From Caecitellus pseudoparvulus (taxonomy: Eukaryota; Protista; Bigyra: Bicosoecida), in the NCBI GenBank assembly GCA_965644315.1, contig CBFFRQ010000066.1, forward strand, positions 434,001 through 498,000: a stretch of DNA of 64,000 nucleotides, in the 5' to 3' direction. Positions 1-12,431 of this stretch are shown here, piece by piece. The translations under genes were made by a program, and so were the position numbers. The notes below the pieces were generated by a model. The model saw nothing but the letters and a program-made list of their open reading frames with translations. It searched no databases and was not told where the DNA came from. Every line of letters begins with the position of its first letter. Position 1 is the first letter of the stretch.

Positions 1-1276
1 GAGTGGTTCACGCCCAGAGTCAACCCGGCGAACTTGAGGACACTGGTGGTGTGGTTGGCGGCACCGGCCTCACCCCCCCCTGGCGCAGCCAGCGCCTTGC
101 ACACGCTGGCAAGTGGGTCCTGTGTAAAGAACGCTTTGAGGAGGATGATCTTGCCGCTGTGTGGCTCTGGGCCAGTGGACAGCGGCCCTGCCCACTCCGC
201 CTTGCGCAGGGGCGGAAAAACCTCCTGCACCACGGTGACCAAGTCACGCGACGCGGCGTTCAGGCGCTGCACGAGGCTCTGCACCTCCTGCACATCGGCG
301 CCCTGCCGCAGCGAAAAGGCGAGGAACAGGCCGGCCTTGTCTGTTCCCACCTGGCCGCCCAGCTCCTTGAGTGCTGCGGAATCTGACGGGCTCAAACTCA
401 GGTGCCCCGCCAGTGGCGGTGACGCCTCCGTGTCACCACTGCTACCCCCCACCGCCACACGCCAATGCAGACGGTTCACACCGGGAGGACCGGCATCGAG
501 TCCGGCCCCCTGCTCGCGGGCCAGGGATCGCAGGCGCTTGGCGTTGCGAGTCACCAGCCGCGTTGTGAGCTTCATGCGTAGGTTGGCTGCGGCCTGGGAA
601 GGCGCCTGGCCTCGCCCGCCAGGGACAGAAAACCTGCACAGTAGCGGGCGAAGTGATGCAGCACGCGTGGGCCCTGTGCAGCTGTGGCGCGGGCGCACCA
701 TGCCATGAACTCCTCAAAGTCAATCGCGCCAGAGCCATCAGCCTGCGCAGGGCAGAGGTGTGGCACGCCTGTGCATTGCAAGGCGGGTTGCCCACAGTGC
801 AGGGGCAAGTCTCACATCCAGCTCTTGAAAGGCTTCCTCCACCTGCACTCGAGGGACGGAGCGCGACGTGTGCAGCGCCGGTGCGTGGTCTGCTGGCTGG
901 CCTGTCGCGGTGCGACCCTCACCTCGTCATCGCTCATGATGCACCCGAGAGCAAAGACGAGGTCTTGTAGCTCAGACCGGTCGATTCTGCGCCAAACGAG
1001 GAATTCACAGCAGGAGTTGGCCATGGTTTGCCGCCTTCACAGCGTTCATGTCAGTTTGCGCTGGCCGGTGCAGGAGGTGCAAAGCTGGCCTTTGGTGGGC
1101 ACGCTGCCTGCGCCCTGGCTGCCAAGCCCGCTCACGCACGTGCCAGATGCATCCACGTCGAATTCACGGAACACTCGCCGCACGGCAGCTGCGCTCAGAG
1201 GCTTCTGCCCGGGCCCCGTATGCGTAGCGTGTTGCGCTGGCGTGGTGGCCTGCTCCCGCAGCGAGGCGGAGGCCAT
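1..1276 (-). CDS. EF-hand Ca2+-binding protein with long C-terminal extension (multi-exon, runs off the left window edge)
   Basis: Spliced reading VFREFDVDASGT|IDRSELQDLVFALGCIMSDDE|VEEAFQELD|ADGSGAIDFEEFMAW gives two canonical EF-hand loops. The last exon is open to position 1. Start codon uncertain. Confidence 0.75.
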
Positions 1277-1554
1277 GGTGGTCCGGGGAGCTGCGGCAAG
1301 CGTCTCGCCGGACTGGCGTGCCTGGGGTTGACAGCGGTGCAGCGTTGTCGCGTCGGGTGGTGGGGTTTGTCAGCCGTTGGCCGACGTCGTCGCTGGAGAG
1401 GCGGCGCGGCAGAGCACCGCTGGGGCCAATTTCACACTCCCGGCGAAACCCTGCCGTGACCACCACGTGTCGTACCACTCGCCCACTTACGCACTGCTAC
1501 AGAAGTGCGCCAAGCCAGCGCTGGGGCTGCGGTGCTAGGCTCGAGGGGGGCGGC

Positions 1555-4500
1555 ATGCAGGAGGCTGACTGGGCGCCGGCCGGCGTGCAGAGCGTGGACA
1601 GCGTCGTGGCAGAGGAGGGCCATGGGCCAGGGCAGGAGCTTGACGTGTCTGCGACAGTGGACAGCATCCTGGCGTCGCTGGGCGGGGCGCAGGCGCGGCT
1701 GGGCAGCGGCCACGTGCCAGCCGTTGTCCAGGGCGAGCTGGGGACCAGGTCAACACCCCAGCAGGCGCCAGGGACAAGCCCACCACGGCACGCACCCGAG
1801 GCAGCATGGAAGACAACGTCGCCACAGACCAGCGGAGGACTTGGCGCGCGCCATCGCAGCTGGGAGGCGAGTGCGGCGCCAGCGTCGAGGGGTGCAATTT
1901 CCGCAGGCTCCGGCAGCCGCCCACTGCTGCCTGCCGCCTCTGGCGGCCCTGGCGCAGCTGCTGAGGTAGCCGTGCTCCAGCGACAGCTGCGTGAGGTGGA
2001 GCAGGACCGTGAGGCAGCAGAGCGGCGCATCGCCGCTCTGACGCACCAAGTGCAAGCCTCGGCAGCGTTGTCGGTGGAGTGGGAGCGCGACACGGCGCGC
2101 CTGCGCGATGAGATGGCGGCACTGCGCCGAATGGTGGCAGAGGTGGACACACACCCGACAGGCCCTGGCGGCAGTCGCCTGGCCGCGGAGGTGTCGCACG
2201 CCGTGCGTGAGTTCCACGCGCAGGCCGCCCAGCTGCGCGCTGGCATGCAGGGGCTGGCCACCACTGACGCAGTGCGGGCTGCTGTGGAGGTGGCACAGGC
2301 GCGCATGGCACAGGCGGAGGCGTCCCGGGCAGACGCAGTGCTGGATTCCCTGCGCAGGGACATGCAGCGCCAGGTGGATTCGCGTGTGGCTGCCGCGCGC
2401 GCTGAGGTAGTGCACTTGGAGTCCCGTGTCAACGCAGCGCTGGGGGAAATGGCCCAAGCGTACGATGCCAAGGCACGGCAGGCGCAGAAGCTGAATGAAG
2501 AGCTGGAAGAAGGCCTGCAGGCTGCCCGGGGCGCCAAGATCCGACTGGAAGCGCAGGTGCAGGAGCTGAGCGCAGAGGTGGAGTCGTTGCGCGCTGCTGG
2601 TGCAAAGGCCGCCCAGCGGTACGCCGCGGCTGAGGAGGAGGTGCGGCACGATGGCAGGCGGCTGAACGCGGCAGCGTCTGCAGCACACCACCGCCTGGAG
2701 GCACAGCTGCAGTTGTTGGAGACGGCCCACAGGGAGCTCACCACTGCTCTGCAAGATGTGAAGGAGCGGCAGGCGGCGCTGGACTCTGCTGAGCAGTACG
2801 CGCGGGAAGGCAGAGAGCAGCTGGACGCAGCACGGCACGAGTCACAGAAGGAAATTGCCGCTGCTGAAGCAGCCACCGCCGCGCTGCGGGAGCGTGAGGC
2901 AACGGTGGCGGGGCGGGAAGCTGCGTTGCAGAGTGCGCAGGAAACGCTCGCGGAGCAACGCCGGTCACTGCTGCAGAGCAAGGAGGCCTTGCAGCAGGAA
3001 CGCGCCACCCTCCAACGCAAATCTGCATCCCTGGCTGCGCAGCAGGAGTCTGCAGCGGCGGCGGAAGCCCGGAGCGATGCGGCGACTGCCACGTGTGCGG
3101 CGGCAGAGGCAGCGGCGAAGGCAGCGCAAGAAGCTGCCGCAGCAGCACAGGCGGAGGCGGCGGAAGCCACGCAGCGCGCAGAGGCGCTTGATGCGCGGAT
3201 TTCTGCCCGGGAAACAGCCGTTGCAGCGGCGGAAGCTGCGGCCAGTCGACGTGAGCGCGAGTTGGACGCCCGTGAGGCAGCGCTGGCCAAACGCGAAGGC
3301 GAGCTGAGCGCCAAAGCGCAGAGCATGCGCGAGCAGCGCCGAGAGTTGGCGCAGGCAGAGGGCGTGGCTGAGGCGACGTCTGCTGCCTTGGCTGCGCGCA
3401 TCGAAGCCTTCTTCGCGAAACAGACGGCTTGGCAGGAGAAGGCGTGCATTGCCGAGGCGGAGGCGGCGGCGGCGGCGGAGGCAGCGGCGGCGGCACAATC
3501 GGCGGCCGATGCCAAGTCAGCTGACGTGGAGGCGGCTCAGGCGGCGCTGGCCCGGGAGCAGGCTGCCTTGGCCGAGGCGCAAGCCGCCCTGGCTGAGCGT
3601 GAGGCGGCGGCAGCGGCGGCGGAGGCGGACCTGGCGGATGCGCGGCGCGAGTTGGCTGCGGAACAAGAAGCTGCCAGTGCCGGTCGCGCCTCGGCACAGG
3701 TGCAGGAAGCGGAGCGGGATGCCTCGGCAGCACGCCTGGCTGCGCAGGAGGCAGAGGTGGCGCGTCTGCGGAATGAGGCGGCGGAGGCGAAAGCAGCTGC
3801 CTCGCGCATGGATGCTCTGCATGATGCGTTGGAGGAAGCAGAGGCGGCGCGTGACTCGACGGCGGCTGCGCTGGCTGCTGTGCGGGGCCGGGTGGTGCAG
3901 TTGATGCGCGCGCTGGGCTCCAGCATCGTGGCCAGGGGCGACCCCGCCACGGCGCCCAGTGTGAGGGATGTGCTGCTGGCGCTGGGCCCAGCACCACAGG
4001 TGGCAGCGCCACCGCCTCAGCCGCTGCTGGGCAGCCAGCTCACCATTGACACCAGCGCAGCGGCAGCACCTGGGCGCACGCCTTCCCCGCTGGCGAACAC
4101 TGCCATCAAGCTGCCAGGGAGCAGTGAAACACCGCTGCAGACGTTTCCTGGCAAGGGTTTCATGTCTGGCGAGCTGCGCTGTGTGGCGTTTCACGCGCAG
4201 CGCCTGGGCCTGCGCCTTCGCCGCGCTTCAAATCCCGCAGCCGCCGGCGGGCACGTCGTCATCGAGCAAGTGTACGCAGAGTGCCCCGGCAAGGGCACCG
4301 TGGAGGTGGGTGATGTGCTTTTACGCATTCTGTGGCCTGCCCCTGCTGCTGCAGCGGGTGGCCCCCTCGCACCATCGGCCATTCCCGCTGCAGTTGACGT
4401 GCCTGCAGCGGGCTTGGACATTCTCGCGGCGACGGCGCGCATCAAGACACTGTGCACCCGCGCATCGCCGTCAGCCCCCCTCGTACTGGTGTTTGGGCCC

Positions 4501-4566
4501 GCTGGCTCCACTGGGGATGGTGCATTGGAGGACGACAGCTCATTCGAGGACAGCACCGGGCCGTGA
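1555..4566 (+). CDS. Large Ala/Glu-rich coiled-coil protein with C-terminal PDZ-like domain
   Basis: Single ORF of ~1000 aa with heptad-rich A/E/R/Q sequence. The C-terminus (RLGLRLRR...VVIEQVY...VEVGDVLLRI...PLVLVF) resembles a PDZ fold. Confidence 0.7.
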   Translation: MQEADWAPAGVQSVDSVVAEEGHGPGQELDVSATVDSILASLGGAQARLGSGHVPAVVQGELGTRSTPQQAPGTSPPRHAPEAAWKTTSPQTSGGLGARHRSWEASAAPASRGAISAGSGSRPLLPAASGGPGAAAEVAVLQRQLREVEQDREAAERRIAALTHQVQASAALSVEWERDTARLRDEMAALRRMVAEVDTHPTGPGGSRLAAEVSHAVREFHAQAAQLRAGMQGLATTDAVRAAVEVAQARMAQAEASRADAVLDSLRRDMQRQVDSRVAAARAEVVHLESRVNAALGEMAQAYDAKARQAQKLNEELEEGLQAARGAKIRLEAQVQELSAEVESLRAAGAKAAQRYAAAEEEVRHDGRRLNAAASAAHHRLEAQLQLLETAHRELTTALQDVKERQAALDSAEQYAREGREQLDAARHESQKEIAAAEAATAALREREATVAGREAALQSAQETLAEQRRSLLQSKEALQQERATLQRKSASLAAQQESAAAAEARSDAATATCAAAEAAAKAAQEAAAAAQAEAAEATQRAEALDARISARETAVAAAEAAASRRERELDAREAALAKREGELSAKAQSMREQRRELAQAEGVAEATSAALAARIEAFFAKQTAWQEKACIAEAEAAAAAEAAAAAQSAADAKSADVEAAQAALAREQAALAEAQAALAEREAAAAAAEADLADARRELAAEQEAASAGRASAQVQEAERDASAARLAAQEAEVARLRNEAAEAKAAASRMDALHDALEEAEAARDSTAAALAAVRGRVVQLMRALGSSIVARGDPATAPSVRDVLLALGPAPQVAAPPPQPLLGSQLTIDTSAAAAPGRTPSPLANTAIKLPGSSETPLQTFPGKGFMSGELRCVAFHAQRLGLRLRRASNPAAAGGHVVIEQVYAECPGKGTVEVGDVLLRILWPAPAAAAGGPLAPSAIPAAVDVPAAGLDILAATARIKTLCTRASPSAPLVLVFGPAGSTGDGALEDDSSFEDSTGP

Positions 4567-4662
4567 GACGGCGGCGGCGGCGGCGGTGCAACGCAGCAGA
4601 AACGCTCACACGCACACCCCTTGCAATGCACGCTAGCGGCCAGCGCAGCGGGAGGGAGCAGC

Positions 4663-5506
4663 TCACCGGCGCATGAGGACTTGGGCTGTGCGATTGCCAA
4701 AGCTGCGCGTGAAGGCAGTGACCTTGGGCTTGTGCTCCACTTCGTCTGGTAAGTGCAGGGAGCGACCTGCTGCTCGAGACAGGCGCGCTGCCTTCTGCAT
4801 GGGCTTCTGCGTCAGCTGGTTCATGGTGGTATACGTGCCGCCGCCGGAGAAAGCCACGGGCGTCGGCTTGGGGTTGCTGGAGCCCTGGGCCCCGCGGGGG
4901 TCGGTGCTGTCGATGCCGGCCGCCAGCTGTGCCGCAGCGAGGGGGGGAGGGAGGTTTGCACGTTGCCGACGAGGCAGCAGCGCACGCAGCGGGCTTCACG
5001 CACCATCTTCGCGCGCATGCGTGAGCGCTCGGTGCGGGTCTTGGGGGCCCTGGGCCCCAGAGAGCTCGTGCCTTTGGAGCCTTGAATGATGGAGTCCATC
5101 TTCACGCCGCTCTTGCTGTGTGCGACTTGAGACCTGCGCATGGCGGGGCGGGGTCCAGTGCGGAAATCGGTGCAGAAACGCCCCCGCTCCGCCTGGCTAC
5201 GCACACCGACATGAAGGCATCCCCCGAAACGGCACTGGTGTCATGGGCGTCAAACCCATGCCCGAACAGCAGGTGCCGAGGCATGCAGCGCTGGGAGGCG
5301 GGGATGGGGTCGAACTGGGGCTCGTCGTCAAAGGCGGCGCGGTGCACGCTTTGCTGCTTGGCAGGCGCCTTGAACTGCGACCGCGCCTCCGTCGTGCCTT
5401 GGAACTTCACGGGCTTGGTGGCAGTGGCGCCGTGCTCGGCAGCCAGCGCGTCTTCGTGCCAATTGCCCATGTGCACGCCCGTGCGGTAGGAGGTGGAGGC
5501 GGCCAT
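4663..5506 (-). CDS. Putative ciliary microtubule inner protein (GNWxE-motif, CFAP107/CFAP68/CFAP95-like), 3 exons
   Basis: N-terminal YRTGVHMGNWHED and HLLFGHG. The exons join ORF pieces 5102-5506, 4821-5204 and 4663-4857 through GT-AG introns. Confidence 0.55.
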
Positions 5507-5933
5507 TGCGCTGGCAAGTCACCTGTGGGCCGGCGTTGCAAGCCTGCCAGCGGCAGCAGCACCAGGCAGCCTGGGCCTGGGACAGGGCTCTCAGGTAAAG
5601 GTTTTAGGCAGTGGGGCGCACAGCGCATGGTCGTCTGTGGATGTTGGGATTTAGCTTGCGGCAAAGCCAGCCCACACTGCACTGCACCCCCCCCTCGCCT
5701 GCTCTGCCACAGGCTGCAATTGCAGCCCGACATAATCTGAACCCTCGTCGGTGTGAGAAATGTGCTCCGCCCCTGCACGCCCGCCCACATTCGTGCTGGG
5801 CTGCAGCGCCCCTTCGCATCGACAGCAGGGCGTTTCGACGTGAGGTCGTGCACAGCCTCGCGAGGCTTGCCAGCGCACCCGCGCGTGCCAGGCATCACGG
5901 CACAGGGGCAGGCGCCGGCTCGGGGCAGGAATC

Positions 5934-8877
5934 ATGTCGAAGGAATCTGAGGCGTTGCCGGCACCGGAGGGCACGCTGCCCTTCCTGCTGACGATGAAGC
6001 AAATGGACAAGCTGGGCCTGAAGACGGGTGCTCGCCTGTCAGACGTCGTGCCGTACGCGTGGATCCCCATGCAGCAGATCCAGGAAGACCTCAGCTTTGC
6101 AGGGTCCCTGTCCCCTTGGGCGCCTGTGCAGAAGGAGCTGCAGGTGCGTGCAGCGGCTGCCGCACTGCGCGTCGCTGCCGCCACTGGTGCTGGTGCCGTT
6201 GTGCAGCCTGGCACCCCCTCACATCCCTCCACCGCAGAAGTACCCTGGCGAGGCAGTGCTGCTCGTGTCTGACCCCGAGCTGAAGTACGGCAACGAGGGC
6301 TGGCTGGTGTGCCTGACGCCAGAAGCGGCCGATGCCGCTCTAGCGCCCATGCGGGAGGCTGAAGCTGCCGCTGCCGCCAAAGCAGCTGCCGAGGCGGAGG
6401 CAGCAGCGGCAGCAGCAGAGGCGGAGGCGGCGGCGGCAGCATACGCCGCTTCTGTTGTGGTGCGGGACAGCCCAGTCCCCGCGCGGCCGTACGTCTCGGC
6501 GACGGCTGAAGCGTCGGCGAAGGAGGTGGTGCATGCCGCAGACGGCGCAGCGACCGCCGGGCGGCCGAAGCTGCGCATTCAAATCCGGCGCCGGCGGCGA
6601 GAATTCGGCCGCAGGGTGGGCATGAACATCCGGGAGGGCGGGGAACCCATGGTGGAGATTCGCTCCCGTAAGGACGGCAACTTCGACACGCGGCCTTTGG
6701 AGCGGAATTTGAGCTTCCAAGTCGGCGCTGGCTGCCTCTCGGGCAGCACCGCCGTGGCCGTGCAGACGAGCTGGCAGCGCCCTCTGCCACGAGCAGTGCA
6801 GACGTCTGCCGTGGACGCCGCCAGCCACGGCGTGCCGGCTTCAGGCAGCCGTGGGGAGGTGGAGTTGCAGGGTGAGCTGTCATCCTTCCTGCAGCGGGTG
6901 CTGAACGGCACCGAGTACGCGCTGAGCCAGAACGAGACGCTGGACATCTTCAAGGACGAGCTGGCGCGGCTGAAGCGGGAGGAGGTGGGGGGCATGGTGG
7001 GCGGCGCCGGCGACGTGACGCTGGTGGAGCGCCGCATGTACATGTCTCTGGCCCTCTCCAACCGCCGCGCCCTGCAGTGTGTGGCGTGGCACCCCACCAT
7101 TAACCAGTGGGTGGCGGTGGCGGTGGCGCCACGCCTGTCCCTGACCGCCGCCGCCGCCCGCGCGGGGCGCCCCCGCACCCACCACATCCTCGTCTTCACC
7201 ACCAAGGAGTTCGCCTCCCAGATCGCCCTGGTCAGCCCCCACCCCGTGACGGTGTTTGCGTGGAACCCCTCCCAGCCGGCGCTCCTGGCAGCAGGCTGTG
7301 CGACGGGGCACGTCATGCTGTACGATCTGCAGCCCGCGTTCGACGCTCGCAGCCACCGGCGGCGGGGCAGCAGTGGCGGGGGGGGGGGGAAGGACGGGAC
7401 CCCCCCCCTGGCACGGGGGGAGGGGGGTATCCAGGTCCACCCCCGGGACATCTCCGTGCCCGAGGCGTCCCACTCAGGGCCCGTCGTGTCTCTGGCCTGG
7501 GTGCCGGCGCCGCAACAAGTGCTGCTGCGAGGGCGGGGTTTCGGGCCGGCGCCAGATGGCAAGTGCTGGCAGTTCATCACAGCGGGGCAGGGCGGCGGCA
7601 TCGCCGTGTGGGACACGCGGTATGCCGAGCAGGCCCTCTCGCGACCCGGCGCGCGGCGGGCGGGCGGCTCGCAGCGCGACGTCGGCGACGTCGTCGGCGG
7701 CGCACCTGCAGCGGAGCTGGTCGCCGCGACACCCACCACCGTGCCGTGGACGCCCGTGTACCGCACACGCCTGCACGGCGGCGGCGGCGCGTGCAATTTC
7801 ACCGCACTGCAATTCGACCTGCACAACCTCGCCCGGCCTGTGTACGGGACGACGGAGACGGGGCAGGTGGTGTGTGCGGAGTGGGCGCCGGCGGGGCACG
7901 CTGAGGGCAGTGTGCTGGCGCTGGGGGCGGCAGCGGAGGGGGAGGAGGAGGGGGGTGGACCCCGGGTCCTGTGGCTGAGCCCGGGAACGCACCGGCCAGG
8001 CACGGCCGTGCTGCGTTCGCCGTTTTTCGAAGACGTACTGCTGGTAGTGCAGCAGAGCTCCTTTGCGCTGTGGCGGGTGGGGCTGCAGGTGCCGGTGTGG
8101 GAGTCACCCGCCTGCCCGGCACACATCACCAGTGCCGCGTGGAGCCCGACGCGACCTGGGGTCGTGTACTTGGGTCGCGCAGACGGTGCCGTGGACGTAT
8201 GGGACCTCGCCGACACCACCCTGCACCCCGCCACCACCGCCACCGGCATCGCCACGGAGGCGGTGACGTGCCTGCACTTTCGCATGCGGTACGCTGGGGA
8301 TGGCGTGGTGGCGCCACGGTGTCCGCCCCTGGCCCTGTCTGCGGGGGACTCCACCTCCTCCACCGGCACGACCAGTCTGCCGGCAGGGGCGCCTCGCCCC
8401 TACGGCACGCACTTCTTGGCAGTGGGGGATGCAAAGGGTCAGCTGCACGTGTTGGAGGTGCCTGCTGCGTTACACGTGGCGGGGTCCGCGGAGGAGCGCG
8501 TGGTGCGGGGGTGGTTGACGCGGGAGAGCGACCGCGTCGCGTATTACGCGAAGAGGTGGGCAGTCCGTGCCGAGGAGGCCGCCGCCGCAGAACGCGCAGC
8601 TGCCGAAGCCGCTGCCGCCGCCGCCTCAGCTGCTGCCGCCAAGGACTCTGAGCTGTCTGCCCTGCGCACAGCCCTGGCGCAGGAGCTGTCCCTGGGCGGG
8701 GGGGAGGAAGTGTCTGTGTCGGTGCTGGAAGACATCGCCGCCAAGCGTGCGGGGGAAGCGGCCGAGGCGGAGTTCCAGAAACTGCAAGCGCAGCTGCTGG
8801 AGGAGTTGGAGCTGGACCCGGCTGAGTATTGGGCGGGGCAGACCATGCCGCCGGCACTGCGGGGGGCGCAGCAGTGA
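5934..8877 (+). CDS. DNAI3: Axonemal dynein intermediate chain IC140/WDR63 (WD40)
   Basis: Intron 6144-6237 joins PFLLT...PYAWIP...QEDL to KYPGEAVLLVSDPELKYG. WD40 repeats follow (VAWHPT, FAWNPS, AWSPTRPGV, GAVDVWDL, LAVGDAKGQLHVLEVP). Confidence 0.8.
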
Positions 8878-9016
8878 TGCAGCGCGGTTCAATTCAAAAT
8901 TGATATCCGCTCATCCCGCCCTCACGCCACGACAACGGTGTCCGTTGCACTCGGCGCTGGTCCTCGTTGTGCTGGCGAGGCGGGGCGAAGGAAGCCAGGA
9001 GTGGCTCTGAGCAAGC

Positions 9017-11175
9017 ATGGACGAGGTCATTGACAGGGTGCTGGCGAAGTGCAAGGGGGGCACGGCGCCTCCCTCCCGCCTGCTGGTGTCCTATGTTGCG
9101 CGATGTGTGCGTGGGGCGTGTGCCGGCGCAGGGTCGCGCGTGGCGGGGCCAACCGATTTCCGCACCGCCCACAGCCAGTGCCGCATCGCCCGCCCCCCCA
9201 CGCCCTTCCTCAGCTCGTGTACAAGGACAACGCCAAGTATGCCTTTTCAGCCATGGACGAGCCGGGTCAGGTGGAGGCGCTGGCGGACGAGACGGCTGCC
9301 CTGCTCACCAGCGAGGAGGCGACGGCAGAAACGCTGCGCATGCAGGTGGCGTTTGACGCCGCCTACTTCGCGCACCACTCGGCGCTGGAGGCACGCAAGG
9401 CGAGCAGGGCAAAGGCCCTGCATCACATCGCGTCCACCATCTGTGCAGTGACCAAAGCTCAGGCGGCGTCCTTCGCAGGGCTCAAATCCCTGCACGCAGG
9501 GCTGCTGGGCTACCTGCAAGCACACACGGGAGAGGCGGCAGGGTGGGGCACGCCCGGCCCCGACGCCACCCCTGACGACCTGGCCATCCACGGCGAGGTG
9601 ACGGCGGCGCTGGAGTCGGTGTTTCCGCGCGTCGGCCTGCCTGCCTTCGTCGGGCTGCCCGAGGGCGAGAAACGCTCCCAGTTGGAGGAGCTCGCGCACC
9701 TCATCCTGGGCATTCGCCTGTTCAACTGGGACGTCGGCAAGGGCGGTGCAGGCATCACAAACATCGCTGGTGCAGCGCTGGAGGGCACTGCCGCCCTCGC
9801 GGGCGAGCTGGAGACCGCCCTCACCTCTGCCAGTGACCTGTGCGCCACCTACTCCCAGGTGCTGCGCGCAGCTGCGTCGGCAGAGGCGGCAGGGGGGCAG
9901 TTGGTGCCGCCCGACCAGCGGGCTGCGTGGTTTGCTGAGCTGGTGAACCGACGGCAGGTGTGTGCGTACCTGGGCGCGCTGCTGGACGAGGCGCGGTCGC
10001 TGCACACCAGCGTGAAGGAAGCCATCTCTGCGTTTCAGGAAACGCTGGACGAGACCAAGAGCATGGTGTCAGGCGCCGGCGCCGTGCCCAAGCAGCAAGT
10101 GTACCCCAAGTTCCACACACTCTCGGAGCTGTGGCATGAAGTGCAGGGCGTCCGTTCCACAGCAGCTGCCCGCAAGGCCACGTTGGCGGCGTTGCAGCCC
10201 TTCCTGCCGCCGGCACTGTGCACGCTGCACTTGGACACGGCGCGCAGCATTCGCAGCGCGGCAGAGGCGCTGCCCACCTTTCCCTTTGCCCGCATCAGCG
10301 TGGAGGAAGGCAAGGAAGAGTTTGCACCCGAAGTGCTGTCCCTGGAGGGTGCCGCAGAGTTCATGTCGCTGCCGCTGGAGCTGCAAGGGTACTGCCCTGT
10401 GTCGCTTGCAGGCACCGGCCTGCACAGCGACGGCAGCGTCAAGGCGGCGGGCCTGGGGGCCCTGGTGCCAGGCGACCCCAAGCAGGGCATCATTCGTGTC
10501 GGGCAGCGGTACGTCGTGTGTGCCACGCCTGCGGCAGCTGAGCTGTTCCAGGCCGCACCCAGCGTGTACCTGGCCGCAGCGTTGGAAATTGCGGCAGCCT
10601 GCCCCCCCCTCGTGCACCTGCTGCAGCTGGCGCCATCCATGCCGCAAGTCGACCTTGGCGCGCTCGTTGCGGGTGGCGCCGCGTCAGCTGGCAGTCTGCT
10701 GCAGGTTGCAGGCGATGGCGGCAGTTCCGCAGCAGCCACTGCGCAGGAGCTGCGCAGCGACGGCAAGTGCGAAGCGGGCGTGCAGACCCCCGTGCATTTT
10801 GTGGAGAAGAACATCGTGCATGGGTACACGTGGAACGAGTGGACGCTGCGGCAGCGCGCGCTGCGCCTGGCAAACTTGCGCAACGCGGCAACACACGGAA
10901 CTCAAACGCTGGAAAGTCACTTCACGCGGGAGTCCTCTGCGCAGGTGTACTTGCCTGCTGACAGCTCCACTCAGACTGCAGTGCACCGTGGGACCAACCC
11001 CACCAAGCAAGTGCGGTATGTGACGGGTTTGCGGGGATTTGCGCCTGTGGTGCGCCCCGCGGCACCTGACGCGGCGCCCGCTGCCGCTGCCGCCACGGAG
11101 GCAGCCAACACGGAGGCCACCCGCACCCGAGCAAAGGTCGTAAGTCTGACCTTTGACCTTACCGAGTTGAAGTGA
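9017..11175 (+). CDS. CFAP206: Cilia- and flagella-associated protein 206
   Basis: Intron 9107-9213. Motifs: LRMQVAFD, AALESVFP, QLEELAHLILGIRLFN, ELVNRRQ, VPKQQVYPKF, QTPVHFVEKNI...YTWNEWTLRQRALRLANL. Confidence 0.9.
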
Positions 11176-11205
11176 GCATTTGCATTGTGCAGGCCCCGCG
11201 CCGCG

Positions 11206-12229
11206 TCACATGTACCCCACGCCAAAGGCTGCTCGCAAGTGCTCCAGCAGCGGCAGCGACACGACGAAATGTGGCCCCAAGCGGAGGTACGACGCTGTCC
11301 AGCCCCGAAACAAACCCAATGGCCCTTCTGCCCGCACTGTTTGCACAATGCAGTCCAGCGTCCCCGCGTAGCGCCCGCTGCCGCCACTGCTGCGGTCAGC
11401 CATGATGCGGCTTTTGACAAGGTCAGCTGGCGCGGCAGCGGTGGTGGCCGCCAGGCCTGCCACCAGCGCAGCGGCGGTGTGCAAGGCGGCCCCCTCCTGC
11501 AGCACATCGTACTGGCGCAGGACGTGCTTGGTGTGGTCATAGGACGCCAGCTGCCCAGCCGTCAGCAACGCAGCACGCCCGGTGGTGGCGGTGACTCCCC
11601 TGTACAGCCCCCGCAGCCCGCCCTCTGCGTACACCGTGCGGAAGGCGCCCAGGACGGTGGGGAACTTGGGCACCTCCCCCGCGTGCAGGCCGGTCGTGAG
11701 GCGCCCCGTGCTGGCGCACACCCGCCCTGCTTCGGCCTGCTGTGCGATCTTCACTAAGTCTGTTGGCGTGGCAAGGGCCGACCCCAGCGCCCCCGTGCAC
11801 ATGCCTGCGGCAATCTTGGCACTGAGGCCGACATCACCCTGCCGTCCAGGCGCGAAGATGCTCTTCATTGTGGGGTACAGGCCCATGCGCAGGCTGGAGT
11901 ACACCAGCTCCCGCAGGACCGACGCTGCCAGACCGTGCCTCCACAGCGCCAGCACGCCTTCTTCCTGCATGATGCGGCGGGCGCCGTGGAGGAAGCCGCG
12001 GTAGAGAATGGGCCCCCCTCCAGCTGACTGCGTCTGCAGGCGAACCTTCACTACGTCTGACTGTGTGGCCGGGTGGGGGCGGGGCCGGGTGTACGAGCAC
12101 GCCTTGGCTGGCGGCGGGGTGTGCCTGGTGCACTGCACCTGCTGCACGCACGAAGTTGAATGCTGACGAAACCAGGGCGCAGCTGATGCCTCCAGCTGCC
12201 AGCTCGCCCAGCAGACGTGAGGCATCCAT
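11206..12229 (-). CDS. Mitochondrial carrier (SLC25), UCP/dicarboxylate/oxoglutarate-like
   Basis: Three carrier repeats with signatures FSDVVKVRLQ, PTDLVK and PADLVKSR. Also RELVYSSLRMGLY, RAALLTAGQLASYD and RLGPH. One intron after FNF. Confidence 0.9.
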
Positions 12230-12431
12230 GGGGCTTGCAGACTGTGGCTTCTGCCCCTGTCGTGGCCAGCTCACCGTCACAGAATTCTGTGCTTGTGCGA
12301 AGGGGAAGCCTGGCGTCGAAGCACGCAAGGTCAAGTGCGCAGCGGCAGACTGGAAGGGTGCTTGGCAAGGAGTGCAACAGGTCCCCTTCCGCGGCCCGCA
12401 TTCACGTGTTGTATTGTGAGGCCTGCTGACC

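Noticed and set aside
1497-3515. 672-aa antisense ORF, and similar ones at 6579-8369, 20497-22020 and 41749-43398
   Set aside because: Antisense shadows of real genes; stop codons are rare at this GC content and the translations have no motifs.
3440-3660. GCG/GAG-rich tandem-like repeats
   Set aside because: Poly-Ala/Glu codons of the coiled coil; not a CRISPR array or satellite.
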